Shown piece by piece: positions 49,400 to 61,749 of a stretch of DNA of 64,000 bases. The translations under genes and the position numbers were made by a program. The notes under the pieces were generated by a model that was not told where the DNA came from, did no database searches, and worked only from the letters and a program-made list of their open reading frames with translations. Numbering within the stretch: position 1 is the first letter of the stretch; each line of letters starts with the position of its first letter. The stretch comes from Raillietiella orientalis (lineage: Eukaryota): contig JAYWIR010000066.1 in NCBI GenBank assembly GCA_036172245.1, positions 310,001 through 374,000 of the forward strand, in the 5' to 3' direction.

Positions 49400-51330
49400 T
49401 GTTTCGCAGGGAGCGGCGCGCGGCCATGGAAACCCCGACCGAGCGCGGAGGGTGCGCTCGGACCTCCGGGCGTCCCGGTTCGCGCTCCCCGAGGCGGCCC
49501 TCGGACGCGTGCCGTATCGACCCCCGCGTTCTCGGACCGGGAGCCCGTCCGTCTCTCGGGCGAGTTGCCAGGATACCGCGTCGTCGGACTGCCTTCGCCC
49601 GGATGAATTTCGAGCAGCGGTGGGCAGGGCCTCGGACCAGAAGCGGCAGGCGCGCGGCGCGACCTCTTCGCTGGAGGGAAAAGGGGAGAGGGGAGAGGCG
49701 CAGCAGCATCCTTAGCTCCCGCCCTCTCTCCCTTTCGTCCGAGAACCGGGAGGGGCACCGCCGGGGGACGAGGGCGCTCGCAGCGTCCCCCGCGCGAGGA
49801 AGGTCACCTCACCTCACGGGGCTCGGAAAGGTCCTCGGCCTTTCCGGAGAACCCCCTGTGATGTCACGCATTCTCCCGGGCGCGGCAGGGGGTCGCAGCG
49901 CCAGTGCCGCCGCCGAGCGCCGCTTTCCAGGCCTGTCCCGAGCTGCCGGGATCCCATGTGGGATGCCGGGGGCTGGGGAGCGGGAAGTTAGGCATGCCCG
50001 GTCAGCTCCGTTTCCGCCGGGAGGCACACGAGGTGCCAAGACGCACGCGCACCATGCCCGCGATCAGCTCCGAAGCTCCGCTCGGGAGGGCTGAGACCGA
50101 TCCAGGATGCCCCGAGGCCATCCCATTTGGGATGGGGGGCCCCTTCCCAAAAGCGTCCTGGAGTCGGAAGCCACTCGGAAAGTCCCGGAAGCGTGCGAGC
50201 TCCGAGGCAATGGGAGGACCCTCCTCGCCCCTGGGCAGACCACCCGGCGCGCCAGGAGGAGAAGCGTCCGTCAATCCTTCCTCGACCCTCCCCCTCTCCC
50301 GCCCCCCCTCCCCCCCCGACGTCGTCTTTCCGGTCCTGGGTGACCGCCGCTGAAGGGAGAGTTCGAGCGCGGGGGAGAGCGGCCCAGCGACCCCCTTGGA
50401 TGGCGACTCGTCGCCACTGGGCCTTTTGCATCGCTGTCCCATCCTCCTCCGGGAAACGGCGCGACCTCCTCCTCCCTACCGTCCCTCACCACCTCCTCCA
50501 CGGTGAGCTGGGACGCTCGGAGGCGAATGCAGCCGCGTGTCTCCGCATCCGAGCGAACGAGAGGGGGGAAGGGGGGGGGGGAGGCGAGCGATCAGCCTGA
50601 AGCGGAAGGGGGGGGGGGGAGAATTCCCGGCTGCCGCGACAGGGCCGCAGCAGGTTGCCTCGGCAACGAGAGGGAACGCTGCCTCGGGCGTGGGAAGGAG
50701 GAGGTACCGGGGAAGTAAGGCGCGCCTCTTCCTCCTCCTCTCTCCTCCGAAGAACTCGCGGTTCCCTCCCTTCGCGGGGACTCCTTCGTGTTCCCGCTCC
50801 GGTGGAAACGGGATGCGCGCGCTTCTGCTGCTTCCGCGCCGGAGGGAATGCAGTGCAATCAGCGCAGGCACCCGATTTCTGGGGGAGCTGCCTCCCCGAA
50901 CTGTTCGACGCGATGGGTGGCGGGATCGCACCTCCTGTTGGGCTGCGGTGCCCTGAAGGACCTTTGGGGGCGACCCGCCTCGGTGCTCCGACATCCGCGG
51001 GACACCGCGTCGGACTTCCTGCGACTTCCTGTTCACAGGAAGCGGATTGAAGGAAGGCGCTGTGGTGGTCGCAATGATCAGTTGGCATCCGCGCTACAGT
51101 GACAGCCCGCCACGTGCTGGAGTCAGGTCCGCGGCGAAGAGAGGCCATCAGAATGGCAGCACCCCTCAGGAGGACAGCAGCGAGGGTGCCTCACCTGCCA
51201 GAAGTCGCCAGTGAGATCGATACCGTCCACAGCCGCTTCTGGGAAGGAAGCGACGTCTTCCCGACCAAAGACCCTGTCCCTACCCTCCCGTCTTTTGTTA
51301 CTGTCCCCTCCCACCGTTCCCTACCTATGG
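49400..51330 (+). mobile_element. Degenerate L1/Tx1-like LINE, copy F
   Basis: TAFARMNFE (KAFDRV-like, ~49590), RRGTRALAASP (RGVRQG.PLSP-like, ~49760), CDVT (~49860) and PNCSTRWVAGSHLLLGCGALKDLW (~50895-50970). Confidence 0.6.
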
Positions 51331-52249
51331 GAAGCCGACCTGCGAGCCGATGGTCATCCCTGATGACTTCTTTTTTTTTTTTTTTTTTCGGCATCTGTTG
51401 TATCCTTGTATAGGAAAAGTACGAGAAACAAAACGGACACAAGCTGACACTTGTTGCTGAGGGGACACCCCTTTCCCCCCCCCCCCCCCCCCCTAGCTTG
51501 TGGTTTATTTTGTTTTGTTCTGCCAAATAAACGTACCGGCGTAACCAGGTTCAAACCTTTTCCTTTCCTCTTCCTCCTTTTCCTCCTCCCTTCTTTCCTT
51601 TCTCCCCCTTTTCTTCCTCCTTTCCTCTTCTTTCTGTTCCTTACTCTTCGCTTCCTCCTCTCTTCCTCCTCCCTCCTTCCTCTCCCTTGCGTCCCGTGGG
51701 TCCCGAGGGTTCCGAGCGAGCGAAGAATACAGGAGATGACAGGGGTGAGGACGAGGAGGGAAGGACGCGGCGGCGGGACGAGGAGCTTTGGGGAGGAACT
51801 GGGGGAGAGCGTGCGGCCGGTCGGGAGCCGAGGACCCACGCAGCGGCCGGCTCCGCGAGCGCGGGGCGGTCGCTTTCATTTCCAGGAGACGGGCCCGGTG
51901 TTTACAAGCCACCCGCGGGGGAGAGCGAAGGGCGCGAAACAAAGGATCCCCTCCCCTCCCCCCGTCCCCGCTGCAGCTTCCCCGCGACGCGTCCGAGAGC
52001 CGCTCGTCCCCGCGGCGCGTTCCGCCGAACGGGTTCCCCTCCTCCCTGTCCGTCCTGGGGAGTGTCCCGGGCACGCAGAGGCAAGACGCTCGGCAAACTC
52101 TGGAAAAAGGGCTCTTCGCCCCCTCTCGACTTCGCCCCCGCCCGAGGGGCCGCCTCCGCCGCGACCGGCGGCGCCCAATGGGAAGAGGACGGGAGGGGTG
52201 AGCTGCGGTCGGCCGGTCCCTCCTCCTCCCCTGTGGGAGAGGGGCGGGC

Positions 52250-52760
52250 ACACGCGCGTTCTTTGCTTCGCGTTTCTTGCCTCCGCTGATGGAGTGGGAC
52301 CCCTCGGCTCCCCCTCGGGCGCTCTTGTGAACGCTGGACGGGGGACTGAGGGTGCAGAGTCCACGCGTGAGGTAGGTGGGCGCGTCCGACTCGAAATCAG
52401 AGGGAAGGAGGAAGAAGGAAGACGAAGAGAGGAAAGAGAGGGGAGGTGCCGTCGACCGTCGCGAGAGGAAGAGCGGCGGCCTCCCGGACACGGGAGAAGG
52501 GAGAGGGGGAGAGTCTGGAGAAGTCTCCGTCCCTGCCGAGGGTCTGCGGAGTGCCAGGGTTCTCGCCGGCTGCCCTTGCAGACCTCTCAGAGTCGGCCCG
52601 AGGCGTCCATCACAAGGGGGACGGGGCGAGCAGAGCTCCTCCCTTCTTCCCCTCCTTTGCGACCTCATGCCGATCCAGGAACACGGTGCGGCACGTGCGT
52701 GCGAGTGCCCCGGGGGACTGGAGATCCCTCGCATCCGGGGACCGACGCGCGCCCGGAGCT
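52250..52760 (-). mobile_element. LINE APE-endonuclease relic (L1-like)
   Basis: Ordered degenerate motifs RGISSP (NVRGL-like), TVFLDRHE (LQETH-like), GKKGGALL and LLPSDFE (GDFN-like). Confidence 0.4.
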
Positions 52761-53789
52761 CCCGGGTGCTTTTTTCTTTTTCCCTTCCTCTGCGTTTTCG
52801 CTCCCCCCTCCCCCTCCTCTCGTGCCATGATCTTCCTCGGCGGCGGGCGCGACCCCACTGTGCCGCGCGACTTCAGAGGCGTTGGGGGTCCGTTTGCCTC
52901 CGTGCGGAGGTCAGCGTGTCGAGTCCTCTTTCGTCCCTCTTTTGCCCTTGCAGCCCCCCGGCGCCTGGTGAGCCGTCTCCGGGGCGCCCAAGCGCGTGCG
53001 CAAGTAGCGTGCCCTCAGGCCGGGAGCCCGCCTATACGGCTCCCGGCGCACCCGGCAGGCGGGTTCTCTGGGGTTTCCCTCCCTCGCGTCCTGCGAGCGC
53101 GCGCGGGTTCGCATCCCCCCTTCCCTGGCTTCCGCTGTGTTTGCCTTGGCAGCAAAGGGGACGCAGGGCGCCGCTGACCTTCGTGGGAAGGGGGAGAGGC
53201 GCGGCGTTCCTCCGGGACACAGGAGGGAGGAGGAGGGGTAAGGGAAAACGAGGGAACTTTTCGGGAGAAGTCGATGGGCTCCCGGAGCGCGGCGCAAGCA
53301 GGAAGGAGAGGATTGGATGGCGGCGACACAGTTGCGTCCGCCGGCAACCATGGTGACGGCGACGAGCGCGAGGAGGAAGGGAGGGAGAGAAGAAGAGAAG
53401 GAGGAGGGAGAGGGAGGAGGAAGAAGAGGAAGAGGAGGAAGGAAAGGAAAAGGAGGATTGTTGGCGGCGGAGGAAGAGGAAGAATGCATCCCCTCCCGGT
53501 AACCGAGGAGACGGTTCCCCCCCCCCCCCCCCCTCGTGCTAGGATGAGCGGCGCCCCTCGCGCGTGGGGCTCGCCAGCGAGGTTTGCATGGAAATCTCCG
53601 CACCCTCTGCGGTCACGGAGCACTCCGACCCTGCTTTTCCCCGAGTCAGAATCTCCTCCTCGCTCCTCCTCCCGGTTCCTCATCCCTAGTCAAGCGGCAG
53701 CTGTCCTCAGCCCGACCGGGGGACGCGGGAGGGTCACCTTCGCCGCTGCCTGCATCCTCGCGTCTGCAGCCGCTGAGGATGCAGGCAGC

Positions 53790-53945
53790 CTCCGTAATGA
53801 AGTGAGCACACAGCGCGTGTTTGCCAAGCAAGTGTGTGATCCAATTGGAAAAGTTTCCTGGCAACCGTTCCTCCAGCATCCGATTAAACGTAATCATCTT
53901 TGGCTAAATGCGGCTGTGCTGGAGCAATCGAATTAAAAACGCCAC
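53790..53945. promoter_or_regulatory. Putative distal enhancer with X-box
   Basis: GTTTCCTGGCAAC (RFX X-box-like, ~53853-53865), the CCAATTGG palindrome, TAATGA, GATTAAACGTAATC and AATTAA lie in an AT-rich island. Confidence 0.4.
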
Positions 53946-55569
53946 CTCCCGGGCTCCTCCCGCGCGCCGACCTCCTCAGCCGGCGTGGAAGCGGAGAAGA
54001 GAAATCCGGCACCGCTCTTCTCCCTCCTTCCCCCCCCCCCCCTTTCCTCCCTCCCGCGCCCAGCCTCCGTCCTGTAGAAGAGAGAAGCCCCCGCAGGTCA
54101 CTCTTGCGAGCGGGAGAGGCAAGGGAAAGGTAGCGCAGGGGATCGTTGCCGCTGCGCGATGCCGCGCCTGCGGGCCGTGCACCTCGCAGATCATCTCCAT
54201 CTGGAAGACGACTGGCGTCAGCTTCCGGCGGCGCGCCGGATCGGGATGAACCGTGAAAAGCGGGAAGGGGAAGAGGAAGAAGGGATTCAGAGGAGGAGGA
54301 GAGGAAGGGGAAGAGAAAGAGTGGAGGAGGAGAAGGAAGGGTAGCGGCATTTGCTTTCGGGATATGGAAAAGAGATCGTCACGTGACCACGAGTGCTGAC
54401 GGTCGTCGCTGCTCCCCACGTTCTTCGCTTTCCGAGTCCACGCGAACGCACCCTCTCTGGCTGAAGGTCAAGGACCCAGGGTGGCGGGTCATAGGAGAGC
54501 TCCATCAGCGGGCGCTCAGTCCGGAAGGCTTTCCCGCGAGGCGTGGGAGAGACGCGAAGAGATGGAGAGAGGCCGCGGTCACGGATGCACCGCCGCATCC
54601 TTCTGGAAAGGCGGCATTACGAGAAGGATGAGAGCAGCGGGAGGGCGACTGCGTGACCGAGTTTTCTCGCTGTCCGAGCGAAGGCAGCCCGTTGGTCTCG
54701 TGGCCATCGGCGGTCCGACTGGTCGCGTCCGGAGCTACCCCGACCGGCCAAACAGAGCAGGGCAAAACGCTCTCGGACCGTTCGATCCTCCGTACCGTCA
54801 CTTCCGGTGGCCTGCGGGGCGCTCGCGGCGGCTGCCGCAAAAGCGCGGTGCCGCCTCCTTCGAATCCGCGTGGCGGAACGTTTGCAGAGGAGCCACCCGT
54901 CGCCATCTTTGCAGCAGCAGCGGCTCCCCGCGCGGGAGCCGCTCCCATTCTCCCGCCTCGTGGGCCCAGCGGCAGAGGCAGCGCCGACCGCGCGGATAGG
55001 TAAACGGGAACGGACCGAGGGCAGCCGAGTCGGTGCCCGGAGGCAGAGGAGGCTCTGCGTGCTGCGAACCGGCGCGTGAACGGGCAAAGGGGGGACTCCC
55101 TAGGAACCCCCCTCGTCGCCGCGCGCACCGCCGCACGGGAGCGACCCCACAGCAGCAGCCGAGTCGAACTGCTCCCGAATCCGGGCACGCGCACCTTCGA
55201 TCGTTGCTCCGCTCCCGCGGCGGGGGAATAGGAGGAGCGGGAATCCTGCCTTCCCGATCGGCGGCGGGTCGGGTCGTCGCTTTCCCGCGCTGTCCGGATT
55301 CCCGCCGGGAGCGTTGGGTTCGTCCGGTCGCAGGAGGAAGCCCACCCGTCGTCGCGTGGGTCCGCGAGCGGCACCCCACGACGATGGGGGCCGGCTGCGG
55401 CGACGGCGAGGACGACGGAGAGGAGGAGGAGCCATCCTCGAGAGCCGGCCGCAGCCTCCGCCACCCGTTCCCTCCTGCTCCCTTCTGCACCGGCGCGGTG
55501 CTCGCGCGTCTCCATGCCTCCTCCCCCCCCTTCCCGAGGCGACTCCGGCAGCATCCGAAACCGGGCGGG

Positions 55570-55786
55570 TGGTGATGAGTCTATTTTTCATCGGCACCGC
55601 GTGGACGAACCGCGTGGATGCAAATGGAGAGATTCCATTTCGGAGATCATCAATCATCTTCCGCGAGGGAGCAATCTCGCACGGGTGCGTTTCACGGGCG
55701 CCGGAGAAAGTCGCCAAATTACAGGATTTCGGAGCGTCCATTAGTTTCTCCCTTCCGCCTCCGCCTCTCCTTCCTTCCTTCCATCT

Positions 55787-55826
<40 letters not shown>

Positions 55827-55890
55827 CCTATCCGACACACACCGATGTTAATGAAGAGTCCGCGCTCCGGGGTGATTAATGGCTGGTCCA
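55570..55890. promoter_or_regulatory. Putative distal enhancer
   Basis: Octamer ATGCAAAT (55618-55625), ATCAATCA (Pbx-type), AATTAC, CATTAG, TTAATG and GATTAATG. Confidence 0.35.
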
Positions 55891-57599
55891 TTCCTCACTC
55901 CCGCAAGTGGGGAGCGGTGGATCCGTACGCGCCCCCAGTCCGCCGATCCTGTGCTCCGGAAAGGGGGGGTGAGGTCGCGCGGGGTCGCGCCAAGCGCCCG
56001 AGGGCTTCAGGGATCGCCTCCCGCAGCCGGGGCGAGTGGGTGGATGAGTGTGTGGCGACCTCCTCCGCGCTCGCGCAGCTCCGTGTCCGACCCGCCCTTC
56101 TCTCCTCTTGCAGCCTCCTCCTCCTCCTCCTCCTCCTCCTCGCCGTCGTCGTTGGGGAGTCGGGTGGACCGGGCACGCGAGCACAGACCGCGAATCGCCG
56201 CTGCCTGTTGACCGACTCGGGAGAAACCCGAGGAGGAGGCGCGCCTCCGCCGCCGGCGGAGAGGGAAAAGAAAGGGAGGGAGGAGGGCGATGAGCGTAAT
56301 GATCTTCGCTCCCGGGCCCCCTGACGAGGGAAGGGGCCGAGATTTTCGGAAACCATCAGCGTTCGATGCCTCTCCGGGAGCCGTTGGAAACGGGTTGCGG
56401 AATGCAAACGAGGCGCGTGGGTGGGGCTGCTGCCTGCCTGCAGCGGCTGCATCCCGCACACCTTTAGCCGCGGGAAGGTGACTCGCGAACACATGCACGC
56501 ACACGCACACACCTTCGTGCACTGCTTGCGAAAAAGATGAGCATACGAATGAACGCGTGCCCACGTGATGAGCACGTGACACGCGCAGCCACCGCGTGCG
56601 CTTCCACCGAGCTCTCTCCTTCAGGAGCGCGAGCGCGTATTCCTTCGCACGCGTTCGGGGAATGCCCCCCCCAAACATCCCGTGGGCACGGACGCAAGCA
56701 TTCCAAGCATTCCCTCCCGTCCTCGCATCCCCACCCCCTTTTTTGCTAGGACGCGCCGTTGTCAGAGCAAGCATGACGTGCTACTACTGGACGGAGAAGG
56801 TCCCGCGCCTAGCGGCCGGCCGCCGAATTCTCTCAAGGAACGCGGTCGTCCGGTCGCATTGTCGCACGCGTCGTAACCATGACGTCGAGGAACACTCGAG
56901 GTGCACGCGTAACAATGCTCCGGATGGTGTGCGCGGGCGCGCGCTCCGCCGGGGAGAAAGGAGGGGGGGGGGGGGGGGAAGAGGATCGCGTGGCGGTTGG
57001 TCGGTCGCGATCGCCGCCGCCGCACGAAACGTGATTTGCGGAACCGTGGGAGAGGTGCGAAACTTCGCACGCTGCTGCGCGGGAGGAGGCGTGCGGGCGT
57101 GGCAATTACCAGCGTGTGCTTCCAGACGTCTCTCCAACAAGAAGGGCGGGAAGAAGGAGAGGGAGGGGAGGGGGGGAGGCAAGAAGGCATCCTCGCGAGC
57201 GAGGACCGCCCTCAATTCATACCTGGACGCGGCAACCGCTTCGCCCGAGGACGCATCGCCTCGTGAGCACGACGAAGTCCCGGATCGGGGAAAAGGGAGG
57301 GGAAAGGGGCAGCAGAGGTCGAGGAGACCGGACTCCCCCGAACGTGAGGGAGTCCGGAGCGCACTCCCTCCTCCAGCTGAGAAGCCTTTGACAGGTCGCG
57401 CGGCTTAGGAGGGAGGGAAGAAGGCACTCCCGCTCCTGTTACGCGTTCCCGGCCCCAGGACGACCCCGTCCCTGGAACCGGAACTGGACCCGTGGAAGCG
57501 GCGCACGGCGTGGCTCCGGTGGCGGAGGTGGTCCCCACCCCACTTTGAGCTCGCGTTTCGACTGAGGAACGCCGCACGGAGCTCCGCCGCCATGGTTAC

Positions 57600-60350
57600 G
57601 GCGCGAAACGGTGCGTCCGCGCGAGAGAACCAACGGGGATCGCTCCGCGGGCACTTGCTCTTCTCGGCCGGCCGCCGCTGGCTGCCGTTGGTTTCCGCTC
57701 ACTTGGGGAGGGCCGTTCCGCCGCGGAACCGAAGGGCGCACGCCGCTACACCGCCTCGGGTCCCGTCTATCCCCTTCCTCCGTCCCTTGACGACCCACCG
57801 GAGCGGAGGGCAGCATCCTCCGCCCCCTTCCCTCGGGAACGCTGGCGTCATCCGCAGGCAAACACGGGCGGCCCGTGTTTGCATGTCCGCGAATCGGCGG
57901 CGGCCGGCGTGGCTTCTGGAGGAGTGGCACGCGTCCCTTCCGCCTGCCCCGTTGAGGCGGCTCCCTCGCTCCGGGACGGAGAGATCCCGCGGGGCCAGCA
58001 GGGACAGCGGAAGGATCCCCGCACTCGCGCCTCGCAGGACGGAGGTCGTGGGCCGCGGCGCGTCGACCGTGCGCGGGAGGTGCGCGCCACCTCTGAGCAC
58101 CCCCATCTCGCGCCTTCCTGGGGCCGGGGGAAGGGAAGCGAAAAGGGAGAGCGGAAAGGGTGGGAGGGGAAGGGCATTTCCCGGGAACCGCATCTCCTCC
58201 TCCGCCTCTTCCTCCAGCGAGAACCGACGCCGGCGCCCTGCCTCCTCCAACCCCTTCCACCCCCTCCCGTCCTCGTTCTCGATTCGATCCCCTCGTATTT
58301 TTGCATTTCGGGAACAAAACGGCGGCTCTCTTCCTCCCCCCCTCCCTCCTTCTCGATCGGGACGGTCCCTTCGCCCGCGCCAACGCCCCCTCCTGACCGC
58401 CGCCATCCTTCCGGAAGAAGGGCACCCGCGCGTGGCCCATTCCGTAAGGGATGTGGACCCACGCTGCGAGCACGTGGGCCCATTCCACACGCACGCGAGG
58501 CGCACCATACGAACCACGGGTCGCGGCACGGGCAAGAATGTACACGTCTGTGGACGTCCTATATGGAGGTCGATCCACGCCGTGCGGCCTATGGAGCTCT
58601 GCCAAAAGATGAATCCACACCATCCCAACTCGGATGCGTGGCCCATGGACGCAAATCCACACCACGAGAAGGCGATCCGCACCGTGAAGATGCGGATCCG
58701 AAGCTGGGAGTAGCGTGGAAACGTGGATATGCACTCTGAGGACGCGGATTCATGCCGTGAAAACATGGACGCATACCATGCAGACGTGGATATGCACTTT
58801 GAGGAAGTGGATGGCTACCGCGAAAACGTGAATGAATAGCGTGATGACGTGGACCATGCAGATGTGGATCCGCACTTTGAAGACGTGGATGACTATCGTG
58901 ACGACATGGGTGGACAGTGAGAAAACATGGACGCATACCTTGAGAGGACGTGGATCCTCACGGCGAGGACGTGGGTCCGCATCGTGGGAGCGTAGGTGGG
59001 CTCCACCATGGGGAATTGGACATGGTGGGAAGTTGGATGCTGGGGAGGAGGGGTCGGGGCAGGGGTTTTTCCTTCTGCCGCTCCAAGGGGGGCTCAAGGG
59101 ACTCCGGAGGGATGAGCGGGGTCTATCCGCGTTGCCGGGGGGCACTCCCCGCCTCCGGAAGGCGGTTCCCGGGGCGCGGAAGTGGAGGCGCATGGAAAAG
59201 CGCGCCGTCGTCGCGGAACCTCGCGGAGCGGTTTCTCGGAGAGCCGGTCCGGCGGAGCCTCTCGGGAGGGCAGGCAGGTGGATAGGGGAAAAGAGGGGGG
59301 CGGCACGGGTGTGTGGGGTTCAGGGGGCCGGGACGGGCCCCTGTCTTTCCCCCTTCCCTAGCCGGCGGCGGCGCCTTCTCCGAGGACGCTGCCCCCAGGC
59401 GGCCGGCCGGTGGCGTTCCCTCCGCGGCGCGGGGCCGCGAGCGCTGCCAAGCGCGACGGGGCCATCCGGTCGGAGAGGCGGAAGCGCGTCGTCTCGCGAG
59501 CAGATGGCGCCCGCGGAGGCGGCGCGGCGGAAGGGACGCGCGCGTTCGGACGAGACCCCGACGACCGGACGAGGGCCGGGGCAGCGCGGAAAGGGCGGTG
59601 TCCTCTCCTTCCCGACGGGGGCGAGCTCAGCGGGACGCCGCCTCTGGGAAGAAGCCGCGAGCGCGCGCGTCCGGCTCTCCCGCGGGACGCCGGCCGGCAG
59701 GGGAGCCGCCGCCGCCGCCGCCGCCGCCGCCGCATGGATGCCAGAAGGACCTTCCGGGGGCGCGTCCCCGGGGCGGTGCTGACACGTCGCGCGAGGACCG
59801 GATGCACCCCCTCCCTCCCACGCCAGTACCGGGAAGACGCGCGCGCGCGTGACCTCGGCTGACACCACCTCTTCCTGGTCCGCCTCCTTCCCCCTGTCAT
59901 GGTCTTCACCACCACCATCACGAGAAGCAGCAGCAGCGTTGACGTCGTTCCTCTGCCCGGTCCTCTCGGGGGACGACGAGGCGGCTGACGTCCCAAGAGC
60001 GCACGCGGGCGGAGCTCCCAGAGACTGCGCAGCGGGAGGTCGCGGAGCGCGTTGTCGGGTCGCCGACCGACGGGACTCCTGGCCAGCCGGCCCGGAGCCC
60101 GCACCCGCGCCGCTGGGACCCCGGAAAGCGCGTTTCCCTCCTCCTGCCCCCCTCCGCCTCGCCTCGAACAGCCGCCTGGCGGCTGCTGCCTAGCAACCCC
60201 CGTTCGCGCCAGCTGGGGAGGGGAGAGCGTCCTCCCCGACCCCTTTCTCCCCCTCAGGCGGGATCCGGGTGACCCGGATGGGCGGCGGATGCCGGGCCAT
60301 CTCTGCTCGCCTTCGTCCGGCGCGCGCCCATCACCGCCTACCACCGTGCC
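57600..60350 (+). mobile_element. Possible very decayed L1-like LINE split by the 21-bp minisatellite
   Basis: Weak ordered motifs: RWLPLV, VRGRCAPPLSTP, GRWRSLRGAG, RGKGGVL and RRMPGHL. Confidence 0.25.
58430..59040. repeat. 21-bp minisatellite (gtggatccgcactttgaagac-like) with higher-order structure
   Basis: (g/a)tgga recurs every 21 bp, and gtggatatgcact.tgagga recurs at 63 bp. Confidence 0.85.
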
Positions 60351-61369
60351 AGCGTTCGGCTCTCCCGCCCTCGGGAGCCAGAGAACCCTCCCGACTCACG
60401 CTTCCCCCCTCCCCCTCCCCCTGAGCACGCGCGTAAACGCCTGCATGTCCCTCCTCTGCCTCCTTGATGCTGCTGCTCTTCGCCGCCTCAGTCTCGCCGC
60501 CGCCGCGCAAAGACGGACCGTTTCGTGGCAACGGAACAAACGCGCGCGCGCTCCCGCACACACTCGCGCCGCCGCCGCTGTTTGCTCGTCCGCCAGCGGG
60601 GAGGAGCGTGGCCGTTGCCCGGGATACGCGCGCGCTCTCTGGCAGCAGCCACGTGGGGCTCCCGCAGCTGCCGCTGCTGCTGGGGCGGAAAAAACAAAAC
60701 AAAAAACAAAAAACACACACACACAGCGAGCAGAAGCAGCAGCAGAAGGAAGAAAAGGGGGGATGAAAAAAAAACAAAAAGGAAAAAGAAAAAAGGCAGC
60801 GAGTGCGTGCCTCGGTCGATGCGCCTGCGCAGGGCTCCTCCCCCTTTCCACGCCTCTCGGCTCCCGCGGCGGACGCCGCGCCGCAGCCAAGCCTAGACCA
60901 AGACCAGTGGCGGCGGCGGCGGCGGCGCGCGCTGTTGTTGTTTTGTTTTGATTTTCCGCTTTTTTGTTTTTTTGTTTTCTTTCCTCCCCCGCTGCGATGG
61001 GGCCTCCTCGAAGATCCGATTCCGCCTCGTCCGCTCGCGGCGCGCAGACGCTTCCGTTCCAGGGTTGCCAGGCAGACGAGGAGGAAGTCTTCGCGGAAAA
61101 GGAAAAGGAAGAAGAAGCGAAAAGGAAAGGGCAGAAAGTTGCGGCCCTCCCTCCACGTAGGGCAGGAAGGAAAGAAAAAAGAGAAAGCGCTCAGCACGTT
61201 GCTGGACATCGGCCGATCCTCCGACGGGTGCACGGGCGCGCGCGCGCGCGTCGTCCGTGGGAAAAGGGGGAGGAGCAAAATGGCAGCGAACGGCCAGCCC
61301 GCCACCTCTTCAGAGGGCGGGCATTCCGGACGCGGTCAGCAAGCGTGCCTTTCGCACCTCCTCCATCTC

Positions 61370-61621
61370 CTCCTCCTCCTCGGCATCATCATCATCATCA
61401 TCATCATCATCATTGCCACCAACAGCAGCAGCAACAACAACAACAAAACACAACCAACGACAACAGAAGAAGCAGCCGCGTTGACAACACCATTAATCAA
61501 CCTCTCACCTTCTCTTCCTCTTCTTCCGTCTCCTCTTCCTGCTCGTCATCGTCAATAACAAAAACAGCGACAGCAACAGAAGGAGCAGCAGCGTTGGCAC
61601 CATCAGCAAACCAACCTCACC

Positions 61622-61652
<31 letters not shown>
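61370..61652. repeat. Trinucleotide cluster (CTC, CAT, CAG/CAA)
   Basis: Seen directly. Confidence 0.85.
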
Positions 61653-61749
61653 TGGAATCGCCGCTCCGCGCCACCCCTCGGGCTGCTGCCCTGCGATCTA
61701 GAGGGGGAGTCGGGGCAGAGGGCTGCACCCGTCAAGGGGCGGTTCCGCG

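Noticed and set aside
37450..59040. Minisatellites as CRISPR arrays
   Set aside because: The units are contiguous and degenerate with no unique spacers. There are no cas genes, and the context is eukaryotic.
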